64,000 bases of DNA, from assembly GCA_965140345.1 (NCBI GenBank), contig OZ223197.1, positions 1,070,726 to 1,134,725 of the forward strand. The letters are read 5' to 3'. Below are positions 49,215 through 59,522 of this stretch, piece after piece. A program made the position numbers and the translations under genes. The DNA comes from Candidatus Kapaibacterium sp. (lineage in GTDB: Bacteria > Bacteroidota > Ignavibacteria > Kapaibacteriales > UBA2268). Below the pieces are notes generated by a model that did not search any database, was not told the DNA's origin, and was given only the letters and a program-made list of their open reading frames with translations. How positions within the stretch are numbered: position 1 is the stretch's first letter; every line of letters begins with the position of its first letter.

Positions 49215-50717
49215 GTGCGTAAGTATTTGATTTATTTACTCGTCCTTTTTGGTGGTGCAATCTTAACTCAAAGTTTCCAATGCGCCTCTATGAATGTATC
49301 TTCTGCAAAAAACAAAATTAAGCAGGGAAAATACGATGAAGCGATTACGCTCTTAAACAAAGAGCTAACTGTTAACCCAGGCAGTGAAGATGCACTAAAC
49401 ATGCTATTTGACGTTTATGGTCAAAATAACCAGCCGGAAAAACAGTTTGAAACACTGGAAAAATTAGAAAAAGTAGCAAAAGATCCTAAGGTAAAAAAAC
49501 AGTTACCTTATAAAAAATATCAATTCTGGTTCTCTTGCTATCAAAATTCGATTGATTTTTATAAAAACAGAGATAAAAATCCGAAGTCTTTAGATACGGC
49601 TCTGACTTATGCGAATATGGGTATTAAATTAAAACCTTACAGCAATGTATTATACCCTGTAAAATCAACTATTTATTCAGCTAAAGGTGATGAAAAACAA
49701 GCTGCTAAAGTTTATGAAGCATACGTTGAAACTATTAAGCCTAGCCTTAATTTTATGGAAGAAAATAAAATCTATTTAAAATCTACAAGATCACACAATA
49801 TTGATATCTTAGGTCAACCTAAAGACACAAAATCTAGTTTGAAAAACGGTACTCAAGATACTATGATTACTGATTTATATGTAATAGATGGAAAAGAAAT
49901 ATACTTAGGTTATGATAAAGATAGAAATGCAGATAATGCTTATTTCTCTTCTTTAAAATATGACATACCAAAAGACTTCCCTGAAGAAGACAGATACAGT
50001 TTAGAGCCATTTAATATTGATCCTTTAACTTCTTTAGCTTTTAATAATTACCAAGATAAAAATTATGACCAAGCTATCAAATATGTAGAACTTGCACTGA
50101 AAGCAAACCCTAATGATGAAAAATTAAATACTATGGTTATTTCTTTTTATCAAAGTGCGGGTAAAACTGACGTAGTGATAAACAAGCTTAAAGACAGAAT
50201 TAAAGAAAATCCGCAGGACTATAAAGCACGCACAACTTATGCAGGCTTTATCTTAAATGCAGGTAAGACTGAAGAAGCAATTTATAATTACAAACAAGCT
50301 TTATCTATTAAGCCAGACTACGATTTTGCTCTTAGAAATCTTGGATCTGCGTATAAAAATTTAGCTGCTGATTTGCAAAAGAAAGAAACTGATAAAGCTG
50401 ATGCCGATCCTAACTATAAAATGGATTTAACTGAAACATTAGAAATGTTAGAGCAATCTGCAGAGTATCTTGAAAAAGCATTGAAGTCTGACAAGTATAA
50501 AGATGACTATAATCTTTTATCTGATCTTTTAAATATCTATGATATTCAAGGGAAACAGGATAAAATAAATACTTATCTTTCGAAATTAGAAAAAATGGAA
50601 AGTGATATTTCAGATCCTACAGAAAAAGAACAATACTATTTACAGCTTTACAAAATTTACACTAGTGTAGGTGAAAAAGAAAAAGCTAAAGAAATTCAAA
50701 AGAAATTAGGTTACTAA
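49215..50717 (+). CDS. TPR-repeat lipoprotein
   Basis: Signal/lipobox region and multiple TPR-like helical repeats. Confidence 0.6.
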   Translation: MRKYLIYLLVLFGGAILTQSFQCASMNVSSAKNKIKQGKYDEAITLLNKELTVNPGSEDALNMLFDVYGQNNQPEKQFETLEKLEKVAKDPKVKKQLPYKKYQFWFSCYQNSIDFYKNRDKNPKSLDTALTYANMGIKLKPYSNVLYPVKSTIYSAKGDEKQAAKVYEAYVETIKPSLNFMEENKIYLKSTRSHNIDILGQPKDTKSSLKNGTQDTMITDLYVIDGKEIYLGYDKDRNADNAYFSSLKYDIPKDFPEEDRYSLEPFNIDPLTSLAFNNYQDKNYDQAIKYVELALKANPNDEKLNTMVISFYQSAGKTDVVINKLKDRIKENPQDYKARTTYAGFILNAGKTEEAIYNYKQALSIKPDYDFALRNLGSAYKNLAADLQKKETDKADADPNYKMDLTETLEMLEQSAEYLEKALKSDKYKDDYNLLSDLLNIYDIQGKQDKINTYLSKLEKMESDISDPTEKEQYYLQLYKIYTSVGEKEKAKEIQKKLGY

Positions 50718-50763
50718 TATTTTTAGTATATTTTTGTTACATATAAACATAAGAGAAAATACA

Positions 50764-51093
50764 ATGGCAGACAAAAAGAACACTCCAGAACAAGGACAAC
50801 AAATCAAAATAGAATTAAGTGGACCTGAAGCTCAGGGTATATATTCAAATTTGGCAATTATTTCGCATTCTGATGCAGAATTCGTAATGGATTTCACTAG
50901 GATTCTACCTGGTGTACCAACTGCTAAAGTTCATGCTAGAGTTATCATGACTCCTCAACATGCAAAAATGATGGCTAAAGCTTTGACTGAAAACATTGCT
51001 AAATACGAAGCAAACCACGGCGAAATCAAAGCAAATCTTCCACAACCTGAAGATATGCCTGAATTTGCAGGTAAAACATCAAAAGTAAATTAG
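50764..51093 (+). CDS. DUF3467-family protein
   Basis: IKIELSGPEAQGIYSNLAIISHSDAEFVMDFTRILPGVPTAKVHARVIMTPQHAK matches the conserved DUF3467 core from memory. Confidence 0.6.
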   Translation: MADKKNTPEQGQQIKIELSGPEAQGIYSNLAIISHSDAEFVMDFTRILPGVPTAKVHARVIMTPQHAKMMAKALTENIAKYEANHGEIKANLPQPEDMPEFAGKTSKVN

Positions 51094-51123
51094 TTTGAAA
51101 ATTTATTTAATTTTCTTACGTTA

Positions 51124-51151
51124 GAAGGGGCATGTAATGCCCCTTTTTTTA
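51124..51151 (+). terminator. rho-independent terminator
   Basis: aaggggcat-gtaa-tgcccctt followed by T7. Confidence 0.6.
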
Positions 51152-51169
51152 TTTATTCAAGAGAAATAT

Positions 51170-52888
51170 ATGTTTGCCGGTAATTATGTTCTAATTCTTC
51201 ATACTCACCTTCCCTGGGTTCTTAATCATGGTACCTGGCCACATGGTGAAGATTGGCTTACTGAAGCAGTAGCAGAGTGCTACATCCCTCTTCTTAATGT
51301 GTTTAATGATTTAGTAAATAAAGGCATACTGCCTAAAGTAAGCTTAGATATATCACCTGTCTTATGTGAGCAGTTGGAACACCCTGATTTTAAATCCAAG
51401 TTTGTTAATTATTGCAATGAAAAAATTGATTCTGCAAAACAAGATTATAAAGATTTTAAAAGTTGGGGGAATGACCCTCACCAGATTTATTTGACAGAAT
51501 TCTGGCAAAGATGGTATGCAGACCGTAGAGACGATTTTATTCATAGATATGACTCATCTGTAGTAAAATCTTTAAAAGCTCTACAGGATAAGGGAGCTAT
51601 CGAAATTATGACATGTGGAGCTACTCATGGCTATTTCCCGCTTCTTGGAAATGATGAAAGCATTCATCTACAGGTAAAACTGGCTGTAGAAAATTATAAA
51701 AAACATTTTGGCAGAGAACCAAGAGGTATGTGGCTACCTGAATGTGCTTACAGACCAAGTTATGAATGGAAATCATTTATTCCGGTTGCACCATATAACC
51801 AGCCACATCTGAGACAGGGTATTGAAAATATTATAGCACAATATGGAATAAAATATTTTGTATCTGATCAAAAACTTTTAGAAGACTCTTATCCTCTTGG
51901 TAGATTTACCGATGACAGAAAAGAATCTTTCATATCTTTGAAAGATGATGGTTTTCAGCATACACCTCGCTCTTTTGAAAGAAACCCTCTCAGAGTTTAT
52001 GAAGTCTGCTCTTCTGAAGAAATTCAATATGGGACTTCCGCTGTTTTCACCAGACACAAAGATATAGCTATGCAGGTTTGGAGCGCAGAAGTCGGGTATC
52101 CCGGTGAACCTAGCTATCTAGACTTTCATAAAAAGCACCTGGGCTCCATGTTAAGATATTGGAGAATAACTGATATTAAAGCTGATATGATGTACAAGCA
52201 ACACTATTATCCTGATTGGATACATGAAAAAATTGATCTTCAGGCAAATCACTTTATTCATCAGATTGAAAATACCTTAAATCACTATAAAAATAAAACA
52301 GGTATACAGGGAGCAGTCTGCACACCTTTCGATACTGAATTATTTGGGCATTGGTGGTTCGAAGGACCGGAATTTTTACGAAAAGTGATTGAAGGTATAT
52401 CTCATTCACCTTATGTAAATACTGCTACTGCTAACGAACAATATATCAAAGAAAACAGTAAAGAAGTCATTCATCTTCCTGAAGGTTCATGGGGTGAAAA
52501 CAATACGCATGAAGTTTGGGTAAATGAAGAAACTAAATGGACTTGGGAGCAGATTTACAACTGTGAACTTAGATTTTCAAAAATAATAAGCAGCGTAGAT
52601 CTTGATAAGTTGAATAAACTGGAAGAAAGAATTTTAAAGCAGGCACTTAGAGAAATGCTATTGATGCAGGCAAGTGACTGGCAGTTCCTAATTCATACTA
52701 AAGGTGCTACAGACTATGCTGAGCAAAGATTCTTTTATCATAACTCAGATTTTAATAAGCTATGTGACCTATTTGAGCATATTGTCAAGGAGAAGGTGCT
52801 CTCTCCTACTGAACTTTCTTATTTACTAAATGTAGAAAATAGAAATTCTTTATTCGAAGAACTTAATCTAAAATGGTGGGCTAAGTAA
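51170..52888 (+). CDS. glycoside hydrolase family 57 alpha-glucan branching enzyme
   Basis: N-terminal ILHTHLPWVLNHGTWPHGEDWLTEAVAECYIPLL is typical of GH57 GlgB-type enzymes; C-terminal helical DUF1957-like domain. Confidence 0.8.
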   Translation: MFAGNYVLILHTHLPWVLNHGTWPHGEDWLTEAVAECYIPLLNVFNDLVNKGILPKVSLDISPVLCEQLEHPDFKSKFVNYCNEKIDSAKQDYKDFKSWGNDPHQIYLTEFWQRWYADRRDDFIHRYDSSVVKSLKALQDKGAIEIMTCGATHGYFPLLGNDESIHLQVKLAVENYKKHFGREPRGMWLPECAYRPSYEWKSFIPVAPYNQPHLRQGIENIIAQYGIKYFVSDQKLLEDSYPLGRFTDDRKESFISLKDDGFQHTPRSFERNPLRVYEVCSSEEIQYGTSAVFTRHKDIAMQVWSAEVGYPGEPSYLDFHKKHLGSMLRYWRITDIKADMMYKQHYYPDWIHEKIDLQANHFIHQIENTLNHYKNKTGIQGAVCTPFDTELFGHWWFEGPEFLRKVIEGISHSPYVNTATANEQYIKENSKEVIHLPEGSWGENNTHEVWVNEETKWTWEQIYNCELRFSKIISSVDLDKLNKLEERILKQALREMLLMQASDWQFLIHTKGATDYAEQRFFYHNSDFNKLCDLFEHIVKEKVLSPTELSYLLNVENRNSLFEELNLKWWAK

Positions 52889-52914
52889 TTTTTTTACTAA
52901 ATTTGCCTGCCCTA

Positions 52915-52922
52915 TTTATCTA
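52915..52922 (+). promoter_or_regulatory. TAaaTTTG (-7-like) motif 18 nt upstream of the flippase gene
   Basis: Matches the TAnnTTTG consensus. Confidence 0.2.
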
Positions 52923-52939
52923 CATCAGATTGGAAACTA

Positions 52940-54349
52940 ATGATTTCGTCTCGTAAAATTTTAAAAAACATACTCTCTTTGTCTGTAGCGGAAGCTGCAA
53001 GCAAAGGGATTATGTTTCTTACAGGTGTGTACTTAGCAAGAACATTACTTTCAAACAATTATGGAATTATTGCTTTTTCGAATGGAATTATTGTTTACTT
53101 CTGGATGATTGTTAATCTTGGTTTTAATACTTTAGGCACAAGAGAGGTTGCAAGCACTGAAAGTAAAGATGAAAGATCCAGATTAGTCAACGGTATACTC
53201 ACCATCCGATCTTTGTTATCTATACTCGCTGCGATTAGTATTTTTATTTTCCCGTTTTTTTTAGACAAACCTGATATTTTTAAATATGCAATTTGGATGA
53301 CCGGTTTAACTTTATTTTCGCAGGCTACCATGTTAGACTGGTACTATCAGGGAATAGAAAAAATGGAAGTTTTAGCGATTAGACAATTAGTAACCGGTGT
53401 TATTAATTTAACCGGTGTAATAATTTTGGTACATAGTCCGGAAGATGTAGTTCTTGCAATATTTATTAATAGTCTTGCTGCTATTATAAATGCCTTATGG
53501 ATGATACTTTATTATATTAAGACAACTGACAAAATAAAAATATCTTTTGATATTCCACTTTGGAAAAAGCTTATAAAACCGGCTATTCCCATTACGTTTT
53601 CCAATTTTTTTGTAACATTGTTAAATACATTCAATGTTGTAATACTTGGTTTTATTGATGTCTCTATGGCAGGACAATATCAAATCGGTTTTAAAATTTT
53701 ACAATTTGTAATTCTCCCAACAGCGATAATACAGGGAGCTTTTTTTCCGGTTCTCTCTAAAACTTTTGGTACAAATGACTATATCAGAGCAGCCAGGAAG
53801 TATTCCGTATTAATTTTTATCTCCGGTGCTATAATTACAGCTGGCTTTTATACTTTTTCAGAGTATATTATTCTGACTGCATTTAGTGATGAATATACTC
53901 CGGCTATTGAGATAACACAAATATTGATGTTGACTTCATTTATTGTGTATGTAAATACTTCTCTTTCTCCGCAGCTTATCGCTATTAAAAAAGAAAAATC
54001 TATGATGTATGCAATGGGCATTGGTGCAATTTTGAGTGTTGCTCTTAATATTATTATAGTTCCAAAACATGGCGCGATAGGAGCTGCTTGGGTCACAGTT
54101 ATTTCAGAGCTTGCACTGATGATTGGATTAGGCATAGCATATTATGCTGCTATCAAAAAAATATTTATATTAGAAATGTTTAAAGCTATTATCTTAGCAG
54201 TGCTTTCGTGTGTTCCTGGTTATTATTTACATAAGGCGGGACTTCACGAAATTGCTTCCGGCATAATCAGCTTTGTTATTTTTATAGCTTTGAATCTGAT
54301 TACTAAAACTTTTACTATTGCTGAAGTTAAAGGATATTTTATAAAATGA
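52940..54349 (+). CDS. polysaccharide biosynthesis protein / oligosaccharide flippase (Wzx-like, MOP superfamily)
   Basis: 469 aa with about 12-14 TM helices. Coupled by a 4-nt overlap to glf. Confidence 0.7.
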   Translation: MISSRKILKNILSLSVAEAASKGIMFLTGVYLARTLLSNNYGIIAFSNGIIVYFWMIVNLGFNTLGTREVASTESKDERSRLVNGILTIRSLLSILAAISIFIFPFFLDKPDIFKYAIWMTGLTLFSQATMLDWYYQGIEKMEVLAIRQLVTGVINLTGVIILVHSPEDVVLAIFINSLAAIINALWMILYYIKTTDKIKISFDIPLWKKLIKPAIPITFSNFFVTLLNTFNVVILGFIDVSMAGQYQIGFKILQFVILPTAIIQGAFFPVLSKTFGTNDYIRAARKYSVLIFISGAIITAGFYTFSEYIILTAFSDEYTPAIEITQILMLTSFIVYVNTSLSPQLIAIKKEKSMMYAMGIGAILSVALNIIIVPKHGAIGAAWVTVISELALMIGLGIAYYAAIKKIFILEMFKAIILAVLSCVPGYYLHKAGLHEIASGIISFVIFIALNLITKTFTIAEVKGYFIK

Positions 54350-55464
54350 GATTTGATTACTTAATAGTTGGTGCAGGATTTGCAGGCAGTATTCTTGCAG
54401 AAAGAATAGCAACTCAACTTAATAAAAAAGTATTAGTTGTAGACAAACGCTTCCATATAGGAGGCAATTGTTATGATTATCCAAACGAACATGGTATTTT
54501 GATACATAAATACGGCCCTCACATTTTCCATACACAAGCTAAGAAAGTGTGGGATTACTTATCACAATTTACTGAATGGTATCCTTATTATCATAGAGTA
54601 TTAGCTGACGTTGAAGGTATAAAAGTTCCTGTTCCATTCAATTTTAATTCAATTTATTCTGTATTCCCAAAAAAATATGCTTCAAAACTGGAAGCTTTAT
54701 TACTTGAAAAATATGGATATGGAATCAAAGTTCCAATTTTGAAATTGATGGAAAATGATAATAAAGACTTAAAGTTTTTAGCTGATTATATTTATAAACA
54801 TGTTTTTGTCGGCTACACTATGAAGCAGTGGGGACTGAAACCGGAGGAAATAGACTTCAGTGTTACAGCAAGAGTTCCTGTTTATACCAGTCGCGACGAT
54901 AGATATTTTCAGGATCAGTACCAGGGAATTCCAAAACATGGCTATACAAAAGTTTTTGAAAAACTCTTAGCGCATCCTAATATCCATGTTCTACTGAAAA
55001 CTGACTACAAAGATATTATTGATGATATTAAATTCGATAAAATGATTTATACCGGTGCACTGGATCATTTCTTTGATAAAATGCACGGAGATTTACCTTA
55101 CAGATCTTTGGAATTTGATTTACAGTCTTATAGCAAGACAAAATTCCAGGATGTTGCACAAGTAAACTATCCGAACAGCCAGGACTATACACGAATAACT
55201 GAATTCAGTCATTTCCTGCCTTCTAAGAGTGAAAATACAACAGTTGCGTATGAGTATCCAAAAGCTTATAAAGAAGGCTTAAATGACCCGTATTATCCAA
55301 TTCCGCACGAAGATAATCACAAAGTCTTTCAAAAATATAAAGAAGAAGCTGATAAACTAAAGAATGTCTATTTTGTGGGAAGATTAGCTGATTACAAATA
55401 TTATAATATGGATCAGATTGTCGGAGTGGCTTTAATGCAGTTTGAAAAAAATATCGCAAAATAG
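54346..55464 (+). CDS. glf: UDP-galactopyranose mutase
   Basis: YLIVGAGFAGSILAERIA is a Rossmann FAD motif; GGNCYDY; characteristic length and C-terminus. Confidence 0.88.
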   Translation: MRFDYLIVGAGFAGSILAERIATQLNKKVLVVDKRFHIGGNCYDYPNEHGILIHKYGPHIFHTQAKKVWDYLSQFTEWYPYYHRVLADVEGIKVPVPFNFNSIYSVFPKKYASKLEALLLEKYGYGIKVPILKLMENDNKDLKFLADYIYKHVFVGYTMKQWGLKPEEIDFSVTARVPVYTSRDDRYFQDQYQGIPKHGYTKVFEKLLAHPNIHVLLKTDYKDIIDDIKFDKMIYTGALDHFFDKMHGDLPYRSLEFDLQSYSKTKFQDVAQVNYPNSQDYTRITEFSHFLPSKSENTTVAYEYPKAYKEGLNDPYYPIPHEDNHKVFQKYKEEADKLKNVYFVGRLADYKYYNMDQIVGVALMQFEKNIAK

Positions 55465-55467
55465 ATA

Positions 55468-55498
55468 TAAAAAAGGGTGCATTTAGCACCCTTTTTTA
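55468..55498. terminator. bidirectional rho-independent terminator
   Basis: aaagggtgc-attt-agcacccttt flanked by an A-run and a T-run. Confidence 0.6.
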
Positions 55499-55499
55499 T

Positions 55500-55889
55500 T
55501 TATTTCAAATTTATTTTCTCTTCTTTGACCTTATCATCTACTTTGACTACACAAACGTACTCTCCTGATGAAACTAATTCTCCATTTTTATCATCACAGT
55601 CCCATGCAACGTGTAATTCTCCTGCGTCAGCTTTTCCATCGAAAAGAACTTTAATATCTTTACCTTCTTTACTTTGAATTGTAACTTTTACTTGCGAAGT
55701 TTTTTCTAAGGTCTGGGATATTTTATAGTAATAATTATCCTCTGAATCCTCTGAATTATCAGGTGCACTTGGCATATCCAGGACTTTTTTCACAGATAAA
55801 TCCACAGCAATTCTAGAATGATTGACATCTGCAGCATCACTGATTTGAGATAAACTCAAAAATGCAATTAAAAGAAGAATATATTTCAT
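55500..55889 (-). CDS. small exported protein (Ig-like/FlgD-like beta-sandwich tail)
   Basis: Signal peptide MKYILLLIAFLSLSQISDA; C-terminal ..GEYVCVVKVDDK.. beta-rich segment. Confidence 0.4.
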   Translation of the reverse strand: MKYILLLIAFLSLSQISDAADVNHSRIAVDLSVKKVLDMPSAPDNSEDSEDNYYYKISQTLEKTSQVKVTIQSKEGKDIKVLFDGKADAGELHVAWDCDDKNGELVSSGEYVCVVKVDDKVKEEKINLK

Positions 55890-55964
55890 GTTTTATAACT
55901 CCTAATTATCATTGATACAAATTTAAGGAGTTCTATATTAATAAACATCAGTACTATTACCTAA

Positions 55965-56393
55965 TTATAGAGGCTTATACTTCTTAAGGATAAGTACATT
56001 TTCACCTTTTACGTAATTATAGGTAACTGCATCCATTAATTGCTTCACTAAAAATATACCTAATCCTCCTATTTCTCTTTCTTCAGCCGGTAATAACATA
56101 TTAGAGCCAACAGCTTCTAAAGGATTAAAAGGCTTAGCGTCATCTTTTATCGTAATAATAGTTACTTTCTCGTCTATTTCGAAATAAATATCAATTTTAT
56201 TTGTAACGCATTGATCGCAACCATGAGTCACAATGTTTGTAAATATCTCTTCAAGTACCAAATTTATGTTAAAGAACTGTTCCTTTAGTACCAGCCCTTT
56301 TGCAAGCATAAGTTCAATTTCAGAATTAAGTTTTTCAATTTCACTTATATCACTGCTTAATTCAATTTTGTGTTTTTCAGTCATTGTAGCCAT
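55965..56393 (-). CDS. anti-sigma regulatory factor-like Ser/Thr kinase (HATPase_c, RsbW/SpoIIAB family), orphan
   Basis: LEEIFTNIVTHG (N-box) and REIGGLGIFLVKQLMD (G-box). Confidence 0.65.
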   Translation of the reverse strand: MATMTEKHKIELSSDISEIEKLNSEIELMLAKGLVLKEQFFNINLVLEEIFTNIVTHGCDQCVTNKIDIYFEIDEKVTIITIKDDAKPFNPLEAVGSNMLLPAEEREIGGLGIFLVKQLMDAVTYNYVKGENVLILKKYKPL

Positions 56394-56592
56394 AAATATT
56401 GAATTAGAGAATAATACAAAATAAAAAATTTTGAATCTCCGAAAACATTTTTTTTACTTATTCTTTAAGATTTGACTATAATCAATATTATTTAGATTTC
56501 TTTATAATAGCGGAATTTCAGTAGGCCTGATGTCTCCTTTGGAATTAGTCGATATTTAACACATTGCTTATCTGCTCTTTACCTTAAGGGTG

Positions 56593-56600
56593 TATTTTTG
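56593..56600 (+). promoter_or_regulatory. TAttTTTG (-7-like) motif 29 nt upstream of the OlsF-like gene
   Basis: Matches the TAnnTTTG consensus. Confidence 0.25.
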
Positions 56601-56628
56601 AATATTACTACTACTTTTGGAGAAAAAG

Positions 56629-58386
56629 ATGCAGATACATATTAACGAACTACTGGAAAAATTCGCAGGAGATGCTTTGGAAAAGCACCCTGTTTTGAAA
56701 TCAAAACCTTTTTTAAAATCTCTGAACGCTATTCTTAAAATAGATAAAATCAATGCCTTTTTAAGAGAGCATGATGATAAAACTGAGTTTGATTTTATAG
56801 ATGCTGTATTGCATCATTTAAATTTCAGTTATTATATGTCCAATAAGCACCGTTACAATATCCCTTCTGAAGGTAGACTTATTATTGTTGCCAATCATCC
56901 GCTTGGCGGACTGGACGGGCTTGCTCTACTAAGAGCAATATCTGAGGTTAGAAAAGATGTTAAAATTGTAGCAAATCAGGTTTTGTCAGAAATTCCAAAC
57001 CTGGCAAATCTGCTCCTGCCTTTTAATGTTTTTTCAATCCAGAATCAAAAGAACAATATAAAACGTATAGAAGAAGCTCTAGACAACGAAGAAGCGGTTA
57101 TTTTCTTTCCGGCCGGTGAAGTATCCAGGCTTCAAACTAATGGAATAAGAGATAAAAAGTGGATGAAAGGGGCTGTTTCATTTGCTGCCAGAATGAAAGC
57201 GCCTGTCCTACCAATATATATTGATGGTAAAAACTCAGCAGGTTTTTATACAAGCTCTATGCTTAATAAGCATTTTTCAACTTTCCTGTTGCCAGGAGAG
57301 CTCTTCAAAAGTAAAGATAAGCACATTACTCTTAACATTGGCAACATAATTCCTGCTGAAACTTTTTCACACAGCGCTCTTACTGATAAAATTCAATCTA
57401 AGTTACTTAGAAAACATGTTTATAGGCTTGCTAAAAACAAACAGGATATCTTTAAAACAGAAAATACTATTATACATCCGGTATCAAGTAAACTTCTTAA
57501 AAAAGAATTAACTACTTCAAAATTACTTGGAAACTCCGGAGGCGATAAGTTTATATATTCTGTTGATTATAATACTGCACCAAATGTGGTAAAAGAAATT
57601 GCCAGACTCAGAGAAATAACTTTCAGAAAAGTTGGTGAAGGAACGGGCAAATCAATGGATTTTGACACATTTGATAAGTACTATAAACACATTGTTGTAT
57701 GGGATGACAAACAGCTTGAAATAATGGGATCTTACCGATTGGGAATTAGCAGTGAAATTCTGCAGCAATATGGAAAAGACGGCTTATATAACTCAGGACA
57801 ATTTGAAATATCTGATGATTTTATGCCAATTTTAGAGCATTCTATTGAATTAGGCAGAAGTTTTATACAGGAAAAATATTGGAAAACGAGAGCTTTAGAT
57901 TATTTATGGCAGGGAATTGCTACCTTATTTCAGGAATACCCTGAAGTTAAATATCTTTACGGAGCAGTAAGTATAAGCGATTCTTATTCGGATATTGCAA
58001 AAGAGATGATAATCTTTTACTATAAAAAATGGTATTCAGGCTATGAACATATGGCAAAACCATTTGACAGATTCTCAATATCACATAAAAAACTAGAAGA
58101 ATTAGATAGCACTTTTACAGGTCGTGATCATATAGAAGATTTTCACATACTCAAACAGAGCTTGAAAAATCTAGGTCATTCTATTCCGGTACTATTCAGA
58201 AAATATACAGAACTTTGCGATTTTGGTGGTGTAAAATTTATAGATTTCTCAGTAGATGCTGATTTCAATAACTCAGTTGACGGATTTATAGTTATAGATT
58301 TAAGTAAACTAAGACTTTTAATCAGAGACAGATATTATAAAAAAGAAAAACCAGAACAAAATAAATTAGAAAGAGTCATAGCTTAA
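56629..58386 (+). CDS. bifunctional acyltransferase, OlsF-like (N-terminal PlsC-type lysophospholipid acyltransferase plus C-terminal GNAT/OlsB-like N-acyltransferase); putative aminolipid (ornithine/glycine lipid) synthase
   Basis: N-terminus VANHPLGGLDGLAL and FFPAGEVSR (PlsC-like blocks); a ~290-aa C-terminal region resembles the OlsB/hemolysin-like GNAT family. ATG at 56629 has a GGAG ribosome-binding site. Confidence 0.45.
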   Translation: MQIHINELLEKFAGDALEKHPVLKSKPFLKSLNAILKIDKINAFLREHDDKTEFDFIDAVLHHLNFSYYMSNKHRYNIPSEGRLIIVANHPLGGLDGLALLRAISEVRKDVKIVANQVLSEIPNLANLLLPFNVFSIQNQKNNIKRIEEALDNEEAVIFFPAGEVSRLQTNGIRDKKWMKGAVSFAARMKAPVLPIYIDGKNSAGFYTSSMLNKHFSTFLLPGELFKSKDKHITLNIGNIIPAETFSHSALTDKIQSKLLRKHVYRLAKNKQDIFKTENTIIHPVSSKLLKKELTTSKLLGNSGGDKFIYSVDYNTAPNVVKEIARLREITFRKVGEGTGKSMDFDTFDKYYKHIVVWDDKQLEIMGSYRLGISSEILQQYGKDGLYNSGQFEISDDFMPILEHSIELGRSFIQEKYWKTRALDYLWQGIATLFQEYPEVKYLYGAVSISDSYSDIAKEMIIFYYKKWYSGYEHMAKPFDRFSISHKKLEELDSTFTGRDHIEDFHILKQSLKNLGHSIPVLFRKYTELCDFGGVKFIDFSVDADFNNSVDGFIVIDLSKLRLLIRDRYYKKEKPEQNKLERVIA

Positions 58387-59522
58387 CTCTCAGGCACAGG
58401 TAAAGTGAAGGTGAAAGTAGTGCCTTTTCCTAAGGTACTACTTACACTAATTGTGCCACCCAGTCTTTCAATCAACTCTCTACATAAAATCAGACCTAAG
58501 CCTGTTCCTTTTTCAGCATTTGTACCGGGAGTTGTATATTTTGAATCTATTTGAAATATTTTTTCCATGGCATCTTCAGACATTCCCACTCCTGTATCTG
58601 TTACGGAGACATATTGCATATTATCCTTCAGTAAGGAATTAATAGTTATTTGTCCTCCTTCTTCAGTAAACTTCAGCGCATTAGATACAATATTCCTCAA
58701 AATAGTATTTATCATATTAGAATCTGCAAAAACATAAGTATTTGCCTTTACTTCATTAATTAGTTGAATTGATTTTTCTTTTGCTTTTGCTTCCAGCAAT
58801 GAATTAATTTTGACTACTAATTCGTATAAGTCTAAATTTATAGCATGATATTCAATTTTACCCATCTGTGAGCGGGACCATTCCAGCAGATTTTCCAGTA
58901 ACTCATATAGCTGCTTTGCGGAATTATTTAGAGAGCTGGAAATATCAATCACATCTTCTTTTCCAAGTTCTTCATAATCTTCCATAAGCATTGCACTTAA
59001 ACCAATGAAACCACTAAATGGACCTCTTAAGTCATGCGCAATTATAGAGAAAAATTTATCTTTTGCATTTATGGTCTGCTCTAATTCTTTTCTATATTCC
59101 TCCAATTTTAGATTGGATTCAATTATTCTGTCTTTAGATAATTTAAGCTCCAAATGATTATGTATTCTGCTCACCATTTCTATCGTATTAAATGGTTTAG
59201 TTACATAATCTACTGCTCCAGCCTTAAAACCCTCGATAATATCTTCGCTCTGAGAGCGACCGGTGATAAAAATAATAGGAATATCTTTAGTTTTTTCAGT
59301 GCTTTTTAGAATTTTACAAGCTTCAAAGCCGTCCATTTCAGGCATCATAACATCTAATAATATCAAATCGGGGGAAGCACTATTAGCAACTTCTATCGCT
59401 TGTCTTCCGTTATTTGCAAAAGTGATATCATATCCTTCATTGTCAAGGATTGTACTTAATATTTGTAGATTCCTGGGCATGTCATCTACAACTAAAACTA
59501 ATGGTTTTCTTTCTTCTGTCAT
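58383..59522 (-). CDS. response-regulator receiver / histidine kinase fusion (REC-HisKA-HATPase)
   Basis: REC (LVLVVDD..DVMMPEMDGFE), H-box FFSIIAHDLRGP, G-box KGTGLGL. Paralog of 33049..34230. Confidence 0.8.
   Translation of the reverse strand: MTEERKPLVLVVDDMPRNLQILSTILDNEGYDITFANNGRQAIEVANSASPDLILLDVMMPEMDGFEACKILKSTEKTKDIPIIFITGRSQSEDIIEGFKAGAVDYVTKPFNTIEMVSRIHNHLELKLSKDRIIESNLKLEEYRKELEQTINAKDKFFSIIAHDLRGPFSGFIGLSAMLMEDYEELGKEDVIDISSSLNNSAKQLYELLENLLEWSRSQMGKIEYHAINLDLYELVVKINSLLEAKAKEKSIQLINEVKANTYVFADSNMINTILRNIVSNALKFTEEGGQITINSLLKDNMQYVSVTDTGVGMSEDAMEKIFQIDSKYTTPGTNAEKGTGLGLILCRELIERLGGTISVSSTLGKGTTFTFTLPVPES

Noticed and set aside
2387-54412. Numerous 60-180-aa ORFs antisense to or overlapping strong genes (for example 2387..2635, 3251..3436, 9845..10390, 21869..22103, 25874..26185, 32115..32312, 35665..35922, 38860..39234, 39794..40054, 53848..54135, 59637..59876)
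   Set aside because: All are embedded within well-supported genes on the opposite strand or in another frame. Their translations are low-complexity with no start context, so they are taken as spurious.
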